From positions 434,001 to 498,000 of the forward strand of contig OX597841.1 of the NCBI GenBank assembly GCA_951406725.2: a DNA stretch of 64,000 bases. The letters run 5' to 3'. Positions 25,496 to 62,886 of the stretch are shown piece by piece. The notes under the pieces were generated by a model. The model did no database searches. It had not been told where the DNA came from and saw only the letters and a list, made by a program, of their open reading frames with translations. The translations under genes and the position numbers were made by a program. Positions within the stretch are counted from its first letter, which is position 1. Each line of letters opens with the position of its first letter. Origin of the DNA: Octopus vulgaris. Lineage: Eukaryota.

Positions 25496-26953
25496 TATCC
25501 TGTAGATGGTTATATTACCTCTAACTTCTATCTTACACAACAAATTATGTGTGTGTGTGTGTGGGTGGGTGGGTGTGGATGTATACATACATTTCTCTCT
25601 ATCTCTTTCTCTCTCTACTCCTGGCAGATTTTTGGTGCTTTCTTCCCCCATCGAAATGCAAAAATTCAAAAACCTTTAAAGTTAAGTTACACGATGTAAG
25701 TATTATGCTTAATCTTTCTCTAATCAATATCGATTATAGAGTTATTAGTTTTATATTCTCCGGACAACAATCGTATTGTTTAAAAGTGAAACCTGTCTTT
25801 TCCAGTTCATTAACACAAAACATACAATGGTACAAAGAAAAGGAAAGAGGAACCCTTAAACTTGTATTGTTATAATAAAATCAATTGTTTATTTTGCAAG
25901 TTTGTTGTCTGAAGCTCTGGGATGTCGTTTGCATAATACAAACAGTTTAACTTCACAATTTGCTTCGGTTATAAAATTCATTTCTTTTTCATTTGATTTT
26001 GTCGTCATGTCTATTCTTGCTTTGTTTCTATTTATTTTACAATGTTGTATCCAACACACGTTTTTACAGTTAAAATCAAATTATTTAGCCCTAGGATGTA
26101 ATATCCTAAGCGATTTATTTCATCCTTATTTCATGTTATTATACATATTTCCCTTAAAATTCATACTCTACCTGTCACCTGAAACATGGAGGCCTCTGTC
26201 CATTGTAATTTTAGCAAAGGCTATCTTTCTCCATCAGATTATCGGTGATGTCTTTAATTGACAATCATTTTTCTTGCTTTCTCACCAGTCAAGTTAATAT
26301 ATTAGTGTGTAGTTGAGATTATTATGAACTATCACTTATTTCCAGGGGGTGCTTACTGATATTTACTACAGTAATTTATTTAATTCAACCCCGTTTAATA
26401 TTAATTTACTTCATCTATAATATCCCATCAGATTCCCATCTGTGATACTTGTTTCATAAAACATTCGTACCGTCTATTAAATATTCTGTATATGAGGGAG
26501 ACCCTATATTATTTATTTGTTGTATCACAGATCATTTTATCTTCTGACGTCATAGCTATTGCTATGAAATCTATCTCCTTTTAGGGATATCATACTCCAA
26601 GTCATAGGTACAGATCGTGGGATTTCGAGACCCTTCACTCTTACTTCATTCCAAACTTAAATATGCCCAGATATTGCATTATAACTTGTACAGTATACGT
26701 TTATATCTTATACATTACGTGACATGTACTTATGTCAATAGCAGATCTTCTGTGTTATTCAGCTTTTGACTGTTGATGTTGTTTAGTGTCAAGTGATCCT
26801 TGGTACCGAAGACCACTAATAAAAGACATACCAAATGTGACTACCACATTCATATTCAGGTTAATATATCTAGGGTTACAATGCTTAACGTTTCCCCATT
26901 CAACTTTTTCAAGATACCCTGTTCATGTATATACATGCACGTTTATATCATCT

Positions 26954-27010
26954 AGGCGCAGGAGTGTCTGTGTGGTAAGTAGCTTAGACGGAAACTGAAA
27001 GAAGCCTGTC

Positions 27011-27076
<66 letters not shown>

Positions 27077-27299
27077 GTGTGTTTGTGTGTCTGTGTTTGT
27101 CCCCCTAGCATTGCTTGACAACCGATGCTGGTGTGTTTACGTCCCCGTCACTTAGCGGTTCGACGAAAGAGACCGATAGAATAAGTACTGGGCTTACAAA
27201 GAATAAGTCCCGGGGTCGATTTGCTCAACTAAAAGGCGGTGCTCCAGCATGGCTGCAGTCAAATGACTGAAACTAGTAATAGAATAAAAGAATAAAAGA
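26954..27299 (+). mobile_element. SINE family A, internally deleted (copy at ~47353-47698)
   Basis: Family A head and tail. Confidence 0.75.
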
Positions 27300-28122
27300 A
27301 TATGTGTTTGTTTGTGTATATGAGTGTGTATGTTAGTGTGTATGCTTTTGTGTGTGTGTGTGTGTGTGTTTGCGCGTGCTTGCCCGTACGGGCGTGTGTG
27401 TGTGTGTGTATGTTACCGTGTATATATGTATATGTAAAAAAACCTGCATATGTTTTGTTGACTATAATTCTTCGTATGATTTATTTCTCCTCGTCATTCA
27501 ACAGCAGCCCTACCAATAACTACTGCTGCTGCTGCTACTACTGCTACTACTACTACTACTAATCTACCATCACTACCAACCACCACCTATACAGCTAAAA
27601 TATGGCACAAATACAAACTCAACTTCGTTATCATCATTAATATCTTTCACCATGACCACAACCACAACAATAACTGTAACATTGACAGAACTACCACTAA
27701 CACTATGACCAGCACTACATCTACCATCCTACAACATCGCATCACCAATAACACTACTAACACCACTACCAACAGGCTACCACCACTATCATGACACCAC
27801 ATTAATTAATTTTTTCCCTCAAAGAGATCCCGATGTATCTACGTTACGAAATGAAGGGGTTGGGGTTAGTGTACGTTTTTAGGGTTAAGGTTAGCGCAAG
27901 TTTTGGGGGTTAGTTAGAGTAAGAGAGTCATTACCTTTTAAAATGTTTTGTACGTAACACCTATATTTAAGTAGTACCTATTTCTTTACTACCCACAAGG
28001 GGCTAAACATGGAGGAGACAAACAAGGACAGACAAACGGACTGAGTCCATAATATCGACCCCAGTGCGTAACTGGTACTTATTTAATCCACCCCGAAAGG
28101 ATGAAAGCAAGGTAGACCTCGG

Positions 28123-28811
28123 GGTTAATATAGGGCGTTACGATTATCAGAAAATCAAAACAAAAATGTGTGTAATAGGTGTAAAACAACTTCCTATGAA
28201 CGAATATGAAAAAAAAAATTCACGCACGCGAAAGGGGGTGGGGGAGAGGCCAAGGAGTTACAACATGATTCATGTGTGAGTGTGTGTTCTTGATACTCGT
28301 TTAGAACAAGTAGTTTTACACCAATTACACTATTTTTTCTTAGTTTAAAGGCCGTGGACTGAAGATGTGAAATTTCCGAAGCCTCTCCCCCACCCCCCTT
28401 TCGTGAGCGCGCATTTTTTTCATGATTTTCGTTTAGAGCAAGTTGTTTTACACCTATTACGCTGTTTTTGTTTTTGTTTTTGTGCCCGGTTCAGACGCTT
28501 TCGGAAATTCCCGATATAAATTTTCCGAGGCCTCTCCCCCACCCCTCTTTCGCGAGAGCGCATTTTTTTCATGATTGTCGTTTAGAGCAAGTTGTTTTAC
28601 ACATATTACACTATTTTTTTTTTGTTTTGGTGCCCGGGTCAGCCCCTCAGACGCTTTCGGAACTTCCCGATGTGAATTTTCCGAGGCCTCTCCCCCCCCC
28701 CTTTCGCGTGCGCGAATTTTTTTTTTCATATTCGTTCATAGGAAGTTCTTTTACACCTATTACACACATTTTTTTTTGATTTTCTGATAATCGTAACGCC
28801 CTATATTAACC
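28123..28811. mobile_element. Merlin-like MITE inserted in a family B SINE
   Basis: ~125-bp TIRs starting GGTTAATATAGGGCGTTACG; 8-bp TSD gacctcgg; internal tandem repeats. Confidence 0.8.
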
Positions 28812-29209
28812 GACCTCGGCAGAATTTGAACTCAGAACGTCGCGGCAGACGAAATACGGATACGCATTTCGCCCGCCCTGTTAACGGTTCTGCCAGCTCG
28901 CCGCCAACTTGTGTAAATATTGGTTTAGTGGAACAGAGTATTGGGAAACCGTGAATAAGGTGCAGGTTTCGAGTATTTATCGGTAAGTGTTTTCTTCTTG
29001 TCTTCTAATAGTAATAAGCCAAATTTCGAGGTTCTTCTCAGAGCTATCCCACATTCAAAAATTATACGGGTATTTTAAAAATTTCCATTCAATAAATAAT
29101 AAATTACGCATTATATTAATTGAATAAACTGTCGGTTTTCCAAATAGCAAATAAAAATTTTAAATAGTAAGTGAGAGGCATTGCAAATGAGAATGGAATA
29201 CTCTTCAGT

Positions 29210-29320
29210 CAATGCAAAGAATACTTAAATTTGTGATTAATTGGACGCAGGGAATGCAAAGAATATTTTAATTTGTGATTAACTGGACACAGTGAATGCA
29301 ATGAATATTTAAATTTGCGA
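29210..29320. repeat. ~42-bp tandem repeat, about 2.7 copies (also ~49610-49720)
   Basis: aatgcaaagaatacttaaatttgtgattaattggacgcaggg repeated. Confidence 0.7.
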
Positions 29321-29581
29321 GAAATGAGAGTTGAACAATACTTCAAGAAACTTGAGAAATGGAAGTTATAGAAAATTTCTTTAAAAATATTTCCAGACAG
29401 TTAGTCCTTTAATAATTGCAGTTTTTTTTTAGTACTTTAATAATCGTTACATGCCTAATTAATAAGAAGTTTTCTCCATTGTAGTATAGATAGTTCAGAT
29501 AATCTTCATTTGCTGGCAGTTTTCGCACAATACAGAGACAAGTCCTCAAATATCTACACACACGCACACATTCACACAACT

Positions 29582-29635
<54 letters not shown>

Positions 29636-29893
29636 CTGGACACTCGTAAGCTGGAAAAACAACAGCTCTGTATCTCTCTGTCGCTCTTTCTCTCTTTCTT
29701 TCTCTCTCTGTCTGTAGAAAAAGAGAATGAAAATCACAACTCAAAAGACCGATGTTGGATAGAATATTTGTATGGATTCTTTATTAACAGCTAATACTTG
29801 ACTTATGCGGATCACCAGTGGTGGTCAGCTGGATTAGATGAACGTTAACAACATCAATAGTATCAATGGGTATCATGTGCTGTGTTAGTTCTG

Positions 29894-40980
<11,087 letters not shown>

Positions 40981-42163
40981 TGCAGCTGGACAAGTAAAAG
41001 GGAACTGGGACATTCTTGGCCCTAATATCAATGGGAAATGTTTAAGAGTAAGGCGGAGTAATCCTGAAAGAGAAGAGGAAGATAATTTGAGAAGATGGAA
41101 AATGTTTGCGTGTAAGAGGAAACGCTAAATGAATAAATTACAATTTAGAAGAGAAAAAATAAAATAAATTAAGGTGATTCCTAAAGGCATAGGTCCTGGG
41201 TATGATTTTAAACTGCATCCAGCAGTGATCCCTGGTTGGGGATTTCTAGTGTTTTGACGAATTTTGGAACCAGCTCTTAGCCACCGATGTCCCAAGATCT
41301 AGTCTGACCCGTAGTAGTAGTGGTTGTCAAGGTTCTAATTATGGATTAATTAGTAATTCCTTCGATCGCATGGAGCTCATCATCCAGGTGGTAGTGAAAC
41401 AACCCTTCTAGAAGATGGAAAACCCTGATTCCAAACCCCCGATAACTTGCAACAATATTCAATCATGGGAAAGTGTTCGGGTGAAAATACTCGGGTAAAA
41501 TTGAGAATCAGAGACAAAGGGGCAGTTCGATGCTGTCTTCAACCTCACCCCTGCAAATCCTGTGTCGATGCTGTTAACAAATTGTAGGGTTCCTTTCTGT
41601 TCGTTTAGACCTGTTAATGAGATTGAGATGATGGACACACTACATGGGCAACAACCTATTTCTTTATTACCCATAAGGGGCTAAACACAGAGGCCAGGAG
41701 GACAAACAAGAACAGACAAACGGATTAAGTCGATTATATCGATCACAGTGCGTAACTGGTACGTATTTAATCGACCCCGAAAGGATGAAAGGCTAAGTCG
41801 ACCTCGGCGGAATTTGAACTCAGAACGTAACGGCTGACGAAATACGGCTACGCATTTCGCCCGGCGTGCTAACGATTCTGCCAGCTCGACGCCCTACATG
41901 GGCAACAACCTGTCCTCCGTACCACACTGCTCTGGTTGGGGTCATATCGAATACATTATACTAGAAATATAGAACCGGATATCACACCGGTGATGAACAT
42001 AACAATTCAATCAACACAGCCTGAAAATGCAGATACGTGGCAGAGACTGCCATTTGCACAGAGTACTGTTCAGAGACAGACAACGATGGTCTGATAGGGC
42101 AGGAAGTTACGGGCATCATACATGGACATTAACGAGGAACTGAGATGCAGGCTTTGCCTTTCG

Positions 42164-42234
<71 letters not shown>

Positions 42235-42405
42235 TAATCAATTTAGGGTAGCAAAAAATTCAATAGAAATTATTTTGCCACAATCGGTCTAGTGAGAAAG
42301 AGGAAATAGTCAGAGACTATGAATAAATTCAACAACAATTGAGGAACGGCTACGATAGGCCGTTCGACCCAAGAGGCCTGTTGTAGCCGTTCCTCAATTG
42401 TTGTT

Positions 42406-42481
<76 letters not shown>

Positions 42482-42482
42482 C

Positions 42483-42519
<37 letters not shown>

Positions 42520-42662
42520 GTATATATATATATATGTTTATATATATATGTATGTATGTATATATGTTTCCTATGCATGTATACACGTACGCAGGTGCGC
42601 GCGCACAAACACACATTCAGACATACATGAGAAGTTATAACTCCGTCAATCTCTATCCATCT

Positions 42663-42763
<101 letters not shown>

Positions 42764-44650
42764 TTACATATATACACTCAATTTTCTAGTGTGTGTATTG
42801 AGTGTGGATATGACTTGAAACTTCACCTGTTGGAGGGAGACCATATACAAAGTTTCCGGAGCTTTGATGAAATTCCAATCAACTTTCGGTGACTATTGAT
42901 CCCATATCTACTGTAACTCGTAAAAGTAGCACGTGTTACGGTCCCTAATTATAGGTTAATTTCCATCTTAGCAACAGGGGAGCGAAGGACACCCTAGTTC
43001 CAGTAGCAACTTCCTTCTAGGTTAATGTAAAATCATTTAGAAAAAAAGAACTCTCAAGTTCTCTCTGTGTCTAGTTGTCTCCATCTCTGTTGTGCCACTG
43101 GTGTTATAGCTAAGGGTTCAATGCTGTGCCACACTTTAAACACCCAGAACAAATCAATGCACAGGGATTTCTGTCTTTTTCGGAACGTTTTCACACCATA
43201 CGGAGATCAAGAAATGATCTTACTCGGTCTCCACTTGACTTCCAAAACGCAAATATATAGAGTATACTATAATATCTCTATCACTTTATCCGATCCACGC
43301 AGTACAGATACATAAATGAACATGATAACACAGAAGTAATATCAATCAACTGATCTATCCACAGTCGCATAACTGGGATCTAAACCGTCTTCAAAGCAGA
43401 GGAGCAGCATTGAGTTTCCAACATAGCGGAACATAACGAAACAGAACTTACCTTTGTTACTGATTACACTAACAACTGTGTTTGAAAACGTTAACCACTG
43501 TCCACTGTTGTCGGTACTATCAACTGATGCCACTGAACTACCAAGAAAAGTCCCCAAATGTTTGAATTGTTCAATAATGATTTCAACTATTACTTAATCT
43601 TCACAGATGTCTCCACCGTCCACTACAGTCGTTACTGCTCTCTTGCTTCGAGTCTGATGCGCAAGACTTCTCCGTCGAAGTGAAACTACATTCGATTTAT
43701 AACAAGCCAATGTTTACAGAATGACTTCTCTGAACAGACTTGAAACACATTTCTTTTGTCCTCGGAATCTTTAGAAGGCGTAGGTGTTGTTATTTTGTTG
43801 TTGTTGGTGGTGGCCTTGGTGGTGGTCGTTGGTTGTAGTAGTAGTTGCAGTAGAGTTAGTAGTAGTGATTGTTGCTTTCAGGTGGAGCTTTTAATTGGGC
43901 GTTGATAGGGATGTTGCATTGTGTTGGTGATGATGATTGTGGTGATGTTTTAAGGATATCATTACAGCAGTGTTGATATTTATGGTGTTAATTTTGCAAA
44001 AATGGTATGGGTGGTGGTAAGTGGATACAGTGGTTTATACTAATGTGGTGGGTGATAGTGGTGGTAGCCTGTTGGTAGTGGTGTTAGTAGTGTTATTGGT
44101 GATGCGATGTTGTAGGATGGTAGATGTAGTGCTGGTGATAGTGCTGGTGGTAGTTCTGTCAATGTTACAGTTATTGTTGTGGTTGTTTTTATGGTAGTGG
44201 CTGTGGTGGTGGTGAAAGATATTAATGATGATATCGAAGTTGAGTTTGTATTTGTGCCATATTTTAGCTGTATTTTACGATTCTTCAAATTATATCCTCC
44301 TTCACTGTGTCGGAAACTGCTTTGCTTTTTCTTCACGTAATTATTCTTCAAATTATATCCTCCTTCACAAACACTATCTCTCATTATGTTCCCCCCTCTT
44401 CTCCTCCATTGTCCAATCCCCTTTCACATGTTCATCTTCTCAGTACCCTCTCACCTCCACCAGTCCACTTTACCACTCCACTTACATTCACCTTCCGATA
44501 GCCCGCGGGTGTTCCAAGCAAAATTTCAACATCTTTTCGTTCTCTGTCTGTCTTTTTGTCTCTCCCTCTTTCTCATTCTCTCATTATATCTCTCTCTGTC
44601 AATCACACCTTCTCTCTCCCCTCTCTCTCTCTCTGTATATATACTATATA

Positions 44651-44697
<47 letters not shown>

Positions 44698-44898
44698 ATA
44701 GATGAGTGTATTTTTACCTTGTTAACAATTAACACTGAAAAAATAAATAAATAGTTACCAGGGTAGCAAAAATCTCACAAGTAAAGATGTTGTAACTCCT
44801 TGTTTATAAAGGTAGAAACTTCGTGTTTACGTGGAATATTTTGAATAATATATGAATAAATAAATGGAGTTTAACGCAGGTGTAAATCAAATATTTTT

Positions 44899-44984
44899 AC
44901 TTTCAACACGTGTTTCGAAAATTCCACTGATACTATTCAAAAGAATAAATGGTATAAACAATGCAATCTTCTCTTCAGGAAAGT
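44899..44984 (-). ncRNA. Type I hammerhead motif (duplicate of 24501-24586)
   Basis: Same core; one stem II substitution. Confidence 0.65.
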
Positions 44985-47409
44985 GAAAAAAACGAAACTC
45001 GTCAATAAGACATTTCAGCAAAAAAATGATGGGTTTGTATAGCGATTGACAGAACGCTATTAATATTGTTTAAAAAAACGTTATATGATATAACGTCATA
45101 GGTAGCTAACAGAAAGAGTAGGGATATTAATAGTGAATGTTAAATATAAATGTTTATACCATTTATACACATATATATATATAAACGATAAGAAATGGTG
45201 CAATAGCTGTTAGCGGTACATCATGTGTGTTTTAAAATCATTTAATAACGATGAGAATCTGTTACAGCTGTTTCAATGTATCAAGCTGGGGTAAATGTAC
45301 AGTTATCTCGTTGCAATTGACAGACATCATCAGAACGATTATATGGCAAAGATAAATAGAAGGCAGTAGGAAGAAGATATAAGGAAAGGAAAGGAAAACT
45401 GATATATGGAATTAATGGACCTCACTGAAATTGAAGACTATTGAATCAACTAACATTTTACATCTTTTTTTCCTTGATCTACTTCTAACTGTTATTATTG
45501 TTCCCTTTGTTATCGTTTTTATATATATATATATTAACCATGGTTTTACCTTTTAAATTACCTACTACCGTATACCTTATAACAAGGGTCATACATACTG
45601 AGGTATTACCAGGAGCGCCTTTGGATACATCTATCCTCTCTTTTACTGGTTTCAGTCATTTGACTGCGGCCATGCTGAAGTACCGACTTTAGTCGAGCAA
45701 ATCGACCCCGGGACTTATACTTTGAAAGTGACGGGGACATAAACACACCAGCATCGGTTGTCAAACAATGCTAGGGGGACAAACACAGAGGCTATAGCAA
45801 AAGACACTTGCCCAAGATGCCACGCAGTGGGACTGAACCCAGCACCATGTGGTTTGTTAGCAAGCTACTTACCACACAGCCACTCCTGCGCCTATCCTGT
45901 AGATGGTTATATTACCTCTAACTTCTATCTTACACAACAAATTATGTGTGTGTGTGTGTGGGTGGGTGGGTGTGGATGTATACATACATTTCTCTCTATC
46001 TCTTTCTCTCTCTACTCCTGGCAGATTTTTGGTGCTTTCTTCCCCCATCGAAATGCAAAAATTCAAAAACCTTTAAAGTTAAGTTACATGATGTAAGTAT
46101 TATGCTTAATCTTTCTCTAATCAATATCGATTATAGAGTTATTATTTTTATATTCTCCGGACAACAATCGTATTGTTTAAAAGTGAAACCTGTCTTTTCC
46201 AGTTCATTAACACAAAACATACAATGGTACAGAGAAAAGGAAAGAGGAACCCTTAAACTTGTATTGTTATAATAAAATCAATTGTTTATTTTGCAAGTTT
46301 GTTGTCTGAAGCTCTGGGATGTTGTTTGCATAATACAAACAGTTTAACTTCACAATTTGCTTCGGTTATAAAATTCATTTCTTTTTCATTTGATTTTGTC
46401 GTCATGTCTATTCTTGCTTTGTTTCTATTTATTTTACAATGTTGTATCCAACACACGTTTTTACAGTTAAAATCAAATTATTTAGCCCTAGGATGTAATA
46501 TCCTAAGCGATTTATTTCATCCTTATTTCATGTTATTATACATATTTCCCTTAAAATTCATACTCTACCTGTCACCTGAAACATGGAGGCCTCTGTCCAT
46601 TGTAATTTTAGCAAAGGCTATCTTTCTCCATCAGATTATCGGTGATGTCTTTAATTGACAATCATTTTTCTTGCTTTCTCACCAGTCAAGTTAATATATT
46701 AGTGTGTAGTTGAGATTATTATGAACTATCACTTATTTCCAGGGGGTGCTTACTGATATTTACTACAGTAATTTATTTAATTCAACCCCGTTTAATATTA
46801 ATTTACTTCATCTATAATATCCCATCAGATTCCCATCTGTGATACTTGTTTCATAAAACATTCGTACCGTCTATTAAATATTCTGTATATGAGGGAGACC
46901 CTATATTATTTATTTGTTGTATCACAGATCATTTTATCTTCTGACGTCATAGCTATTGCTATGAAATCTATCTCCTTTTAGGGATATCATACTCCAAGTC
47001 ATAGGTACAGATCGTGGGATTTCGAGACCCTTCACTCTTACTTCATTCCAAACTTAAATATGCCCAGATATTGCATTATAACTTGTACAGTATACGTTTA
47101 TATCTTATACATTACGTGACATGTACTTATGTCAATAGCAGATCTTCTGTGTTATTCAGCTTTTGACTGTTGATGTTGTTTAGTGTCAAGTGATCCTTGG
47201 TACCGAAGACCACTAATAAAAGACATACCAAATGTGACTACCACATTCATATTCAGGTTAATATATCTAGGGTTACAACACACTTAACGTTTCCCCATTC
47301 AACTATTTCAAGATACCCTCTTCATGTATATACATGCACGTTTATATCATCTAGGCGCAGGAGTGTCTGTGTGGTAAGTAGCTTAGACGGAAACTGAAAG
47401 AAGCCTGTC

Positions 47410-47475
<66 letters not shown>

Positions 47476-48519
47476 GTGTGTTTGTGTGTCTGTGTTTGTC
47501 CCCCTAGCATTGCTTGACAACCGATGCTGGTGTGTTTACGTCCCCGTCACTTAGCGGTTCGACGAAAGAGACCGATAGAATAAGTACTGGGCTTACAAAG
47601 AATAAGTCCCGGGGTCGATTTGATCAACTAAAAGGCGGTGCTCCAGCATGGCCGCAGTCAAATGACTGAAGCTAGTAATAGAATAAAAGAATAAAAGAAT
47701 ATGTGTTTGTTTGTGTATATGAGTGTGTATGTTAGTGTGTTTGCTTTTGTGTGTGTGTGTGTGTGTTTGCGCGTGCTTGCCCGTACGGGCGTGTGTGTGT
47801 GTGTGTATGTTACCGTGTATATATGTATATGTAAAAAAACCTGCATATGTTTTGTTGACTATAATTCTTCGTATGATTTATTTCTCCTCGTCATTCAACA
47901 GCAGCCCTACCAATAACTACTGCTGCTGCTGCTACTACTGCTACTACTACTACTACTAATCTACCATCACTACCAACCACCACCTATACAGCTAAAATAT
48001 GGCACAAATACAAACTCAACTTCGTTATCATCATTAATATCTTTCACCATGACCACAACCACAACAATAACTGTAACATTGACAGAACTACCACTAACAC
48101 TATGACCAGCACTACATCTACCATCCTACAACATCGCATCACCAATAACACTACTAACACCACTACCAACAGGCTACCACCACTATCATGACACCACATT
48201 AATTAATTTTTTCCCTCAAAGAGATCCCGATGTATCTACGTTACGAAATGAAGGGGTTGGGGTTAGTGTACGTTTTTAGGGTTAAGGTTAGCGCAAGTTT
48301 TGGGGGTTAGTTAGAGTAAGAGAGTCATTACCTTTTAAAATGTTTTGTACGTAACACCTATATTTAAGTAGTACCTATTTCTTTACTACCCACAAGGGGC
48401 TAAACATGGAGGAGACAAACAAGGACAGACAAACGGACTGAGTCCATAATATCGACCCCAGTGCGTAACTGGTACTTATTTAATCCACCCCGAAAGGATG
48501 AAAGCAAGGTAGACCTCGG

Positions 48520-49210
48520 GGTTAATATAGGGCGTTACGATTATCAGAAAATCAAAAAGAAAAATGTGTGTAATAGGTGTAAAACAACTTCCTATGAACG
48601 AATATGAAAAAAAAAATTCGCGCACGCGAAAGGGGGGTGGGGGAGAGGCCAAGGAGTTACAACATGATTCATGTGTGAGTGTGTGTTCTTGATACTCGTT
48701 TAGAACAAGTAGTTTTACACCAATTACACTATTTTTTCTTAGTTTAAAGGCCGTGGACTGAAGATGTGAAATTTCCGAAGCCTCTCCCCCACCCCCTTTC
48801 GTGAGCGCGCATTTTTTTCATGATTTTCGTTTAGAGCAAGTTGTTTTACACCTATTACGCTGTTTTTGTTTTTGTTTTTGTGCCCGGTTCAGACGCTTTC
48901 GGAAATTCCCGATATAAATTTTCCGAGGCCTCTCCCTCACCCCTCTTTCGCGAGAGCGCATTTTTTTCATGATTGTCGTTTAGAGCAAGTTGTTTTACAC
49001 ATATTACACTATTTTTTTTTGTTTTGGTGCCCGGGTCAGCCCCTCAGACGCTTTCGGAACTTCCCGATGTGAATTTTCCGAGGCCTCTCCCCCACCCCCC
49101 TTTCGCGTGCGCGAATTTTTTTTTTCATATTCGTTCATAGGAAGTTCTTTTACACCTATTACACACATTTTTTTTTGATTTTCTGATAATCGTAACGCCC
49201 TATATTAACC
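48520..49210. mobile_element. Merlin-like MITE (duplicate of 28123-28811)
   Basis: Same TIRs and gacctcgg TSD. Confidence 0.8.
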
Positions 49211-49980
49211 GACCTCGGCAGAATTTGAACTCAGAACGTCGCGGCAGACGAAATACGGATACGCATTTCGCCCGCCCTGTTAACGGTTCTGCCAGCTCGC
49301 CGCCAACTTGTGTAAATATTGGTTTAGTGGAACAGAGTATTGGGAAACCGTGAATAAGGTGCATGTTTCGAGTATTTGTCGGTAAGTGTTTTCTTCTTGT
49401 CTTCTAATAGTAATAAGCCAAATTTCGAGGTTCTTCTCAGAGCTATCCCACATTCAAAAATTATACGGGTATTTTAAAAATTTCCATTCAATAAATAATA
49501 AATTACGCATTATATTAATTGAATAAACTGTCGGTTTTCCAAATAGCAAATAAAAATTTTAAATAGTAAGTGAGAGGCATTGCAAATGAGAATGGAATAC
49601 TCTTCAGTCAATGCAAAGAATACTTAAATTTGTGATTAATTGGACGCAGGGAATGCAAAGAATATTTTAATTTGTGATTAACTGGACACAGTGAATGCAA
49701 TGAATATTTAAATTTGCGAGAAATGAGAGTTGAACAATACTTCAAGAAACTTGAGAAATGGAAGTTATAGAAAATTTCTTTAAAAATATTTCCAGACAGT
49801 TAGTCCTTTAATAATTGCAGTTTTTTTTTAGTACTTTAATAATCGTTACATGCCTAATTAATAAGAAGTTTTCTCCATTGTAGTATAGATAGTTCAGATA
49901 ATCTTCATTTGCTGGCAGTTTTCGCACAATACAGAGACAAGTCCTCAAATATCTACACACACGCACACATTCACACAACT

Positions 49981-50024
<44 letters not shown>

Positions 50025-50282
50025 CTGGACACTCGTAAGCTGGAAAAACAACAGCTCTGTATCTCTCTGTCGCTCTTTCTCTCTTTCTTTCTCTCTCTGT
50101 CTGTAGAAAAAGAGAATGAAAATCACAACTCAAAAGACCGATGTTGGATAGAATATTTGTATGGATTCTTTATTAACAGCTAATACTTGACTTATGCGGA
50201 TCACCAGTGGTGGTCAGCTGGATTAGATGAACGTTAACAACATCAATAGTATCAATGGGTATCATGTGCTGTGTTAGTTCTG

Positions 50283-61337
<11,055 letters not shown>

Positions 61338-62886
61338 TGCAGCTGGACAAGTAAAAGGGAACTGGGACATTCTTGGCCCTAATATCAATGGGAAATGTTT
61401 AAGAGTAAGGCGGAGTAATCCTGAAAGAGAAGAGGAAGATAATTTGAGAAGATGGAAAATGTTTGCGTGTAAGAGGAAACGCTAAATGAATAAATTACAA
61501 TTTAGAAGAGAAAAAATAAAATAAATTAAGGTGATTCCTAAAGGCATAGGTCCTGGGTATGATTTTAAACTGCATCCAGCAGTGATCCCTGGTTGGGGAT
61601 TTCTAGTGTTTTGACGAATTTTGGAACCAGCTCTTAGCCACCGATGTCCCAAGATCTAGTCTGACCCGTAGTAGTAGTGGTTGTCAAGGTTCTAATTATG
61701 GATTAATTAGTAATTCCTTCGATCGCATGGAGCTCATCATCCAGGTGGTAGTGAAACAACCCTTCTAGAAGATGGAAAACCCTGATTCCAAACCCCCGAT
61801 AACTTGCAACAATATTCAATCATGGGAAAGTGTTCGGGTGAAAATACTGGGGTAAAATTGGGAATCAGAGACCAAGGGGCAGTTCGATGCTGTCTTCAAC
61901 CTCACCCCTGCAAATTCTGTGTCGATGCTGTTAACAAATTGTAAGGTTCCTTTCCTTCTTTTAGACCTGTTAATGAGATTGAGATGATGGACACACTATA
62001 TGGGCAACAACTTATTTCTTTATTACCCACAAGGGGCTAAACACAGGGAGGACAAACAAGAACAGACAAACGGATTAAGTCGATTATATCGATCCCAGTG
62101 CGTAACTGGTACGTATTTAATCGACCCCGAAAGGATGAAAGGCTAAGTCGACCTCGGCGGAATTTGAACTCAGAACGTAGCGGCAGACGAAATACCTTAT
62201 TTCTTTACTACCCACAAGGGGCTAAACACAGAGAGGACAAACAAGAACAGACAAACGGATTAAGTCGATTATATCGATCCCAGTGCGTAACTGGTACTTA
62301 TTTAATCGACCCCGAAAGGATGAAAGGCTAAGTCGACCTCGGCGGAATTTGAACTCAGAACGTAACGGCTGACGAAATACGGCTACGCATTTCGCCCGGC
62401 GTGCTAACGATTCTGCCAGCTCGACGCCCTACATGGGCAACAACCTGTCCTCCGTACCACACGGCTCTGGTTGGGGTCATATCGAATACATTATACTAGA
62501 AATATAGAACCGGATATCACACCGGTGAAGAAGAACATAACAATTCAAACAACACAGACTGAACATGCAGATACGTCGCAGAGACTGCCATTTGCACAGA
62601 GTACTGTTCAGAGACAGACAACGATGGTCTGATAGGGTAGGAAGTTACGGGCTTCATACATGGTCATTAATTAGGAACTGAGATGCAGGCTCAGCCTTTC
62701 GGTTTTATATATATAAATCAATTTAGGGTAGCAAAAAATTCAATAGAAGTTATTTTGCCACCAGCGGTCTAGTGAGAAAGAGGAAATAGTCAGAGACTAT
62801 GAATAAATTCAACAACAATTGAGGAACGGCTACAATAGGCCGTTCGACCCAAGAGGTCTATTGTAGCCGTTCCTCAATTGTGGTTG

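Noticed and set aside
25650-26790. Plus-strand ORFs of 108-119 aa
   Set aside because: Low-complexity AT-rich frames; the region looks like a heavily decayed minus-strand LINE but is too degraded to call
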